A stretch of 64,000 bases of DNA from Octopus bimaculoides. Lineage: Eukaryota. The notes below the pieces were generated by a model. That model was not told where the DNA came from, ran no database searches, and saw nothing but the letters and a program-made list of their open reading frames with translations. How positions within the stretch are numbered: position 1 is the stretch's first letter; every line of letters starts with the position of its first letter. The position numbers were made by a program, and so were the translations under genes. The DNA lies in the NCBI RefSeq assembly GCF_001194135.2, contig NC_068981.1, positions 128,611,422 to 128,675,421 on the forward strand, written 5' to 3'. Shown in pieces: positions 63,330 to 64,000 of this stretch.

Positions 63330-64000
63330 GAATTTCAGGGCTTATAAATCTATTATTTTCCTATCCTTCCTTAATACCGGTTCCCATATGCTACTCATAT
63401 CTGCACTCGGTCTGCTTAGGAGGTTGTTGTGTCCTAGCATATATGCTGCTTCTTTTAGTTTTCATATTTTACAATGGTGTTCTCTGTCTATTATTTTAAC
63501 TTCATTCCACAGGGGGAGGTGGTCTCCATTTTTCCATATATGATCAGCTATACTCGATTTATCAATATCTCCTCATGTCACAGCTTTGTGATGTTTGTCT
63601 ACCCTTATTTTGAGAGGTGGGGGTATGTTTCGCCTTTGTATATCCTACCAAAGACTGCGTGTACTCCATCCTATGCAGCTGTGGTAGGTTATACATAGGT
63701 GAAATATGCTGCCCCCTCAAAATAAGGCTAGACAAACATCACAAAGCTGTGACATGAGGAGATATTGATAAATCAGATATAGCTGATCATGTATAGAAAA
63801 ACGGAGACCACCTCCCCCTGTGGGATGAAGTTAAAATAATAGATAGAGAACACCACAAGAAAATACAAAAACTAAAAGAAGCAGCACATATGCTAGGACA
63901 CAACAACCTCCTAAGCAGACCAAATGCAGATATGAGTAGCATATGGGAATCAGTATTAAGGAAGGATAGGAAAATATTAGATTTATAAGCCTTAAAATTC
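63330..64000. mobile_element. Fold-back of a Penelope-like GIY-YIG endonuclease C-terminus
   Basis: Arms 63330-63650 / 63682-64000. The + frame 63656-63988 reads VYSILCSCGRLYIGE..IRLDKHHKAVT*GDIDKSDIADHV*KNGDHLPLWDEVKIIDREHH..KLKEAAHML..LLSRP..*. Confidence 0.88.

Noticed and set aside
63738-63770. In-frame TGA shared by both Penelope arms, a possible selenocysteine as in Naiad elements
   Set aside because: The context AVT*GD fits CGA (Arg) lost by CpG decay before the inversion; it is not a Cys position and I saw no SECIS.

Overview
AT-rich, repeat-dense animal genomic DNA with N-gaps. The SINE/LINE content looks cephalopod (Octopus-like), which is an inference. The only gene I can name is TMEM231 (ciliary transition zone): coding exons 1 and 2 on + at 58833-58971 and 60986-61155, behind a promoter with a consensus RFX X-box. 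A few unassigned + strand exon-like segments lie upstream. The rest is transposon-derived: RTE, Tx1 and R4/Dong-type LINE remnants, at least four SINE families, mariner (DD34D) and maT (DD37D) copies, a hAT with a perfect 8-bp TSD, and piggyBac- and pogo-type MITEs. The most interesting signal is a recurring set of fold-back insertions carrying type I hammerhead ribozyme motifs. Clear motifs are at 22.8k and 33.1k, mutated copies at 35.3k, 56.7k and 63.1k, and weak remnants at 48.1k and 15.7k. At 63-64 kb one family is joined to a Penelope GIY-YIG endonuclease remnant through a tRNA-like Pol III cassette. All calls were made by eye; no searches or folding programs were run.
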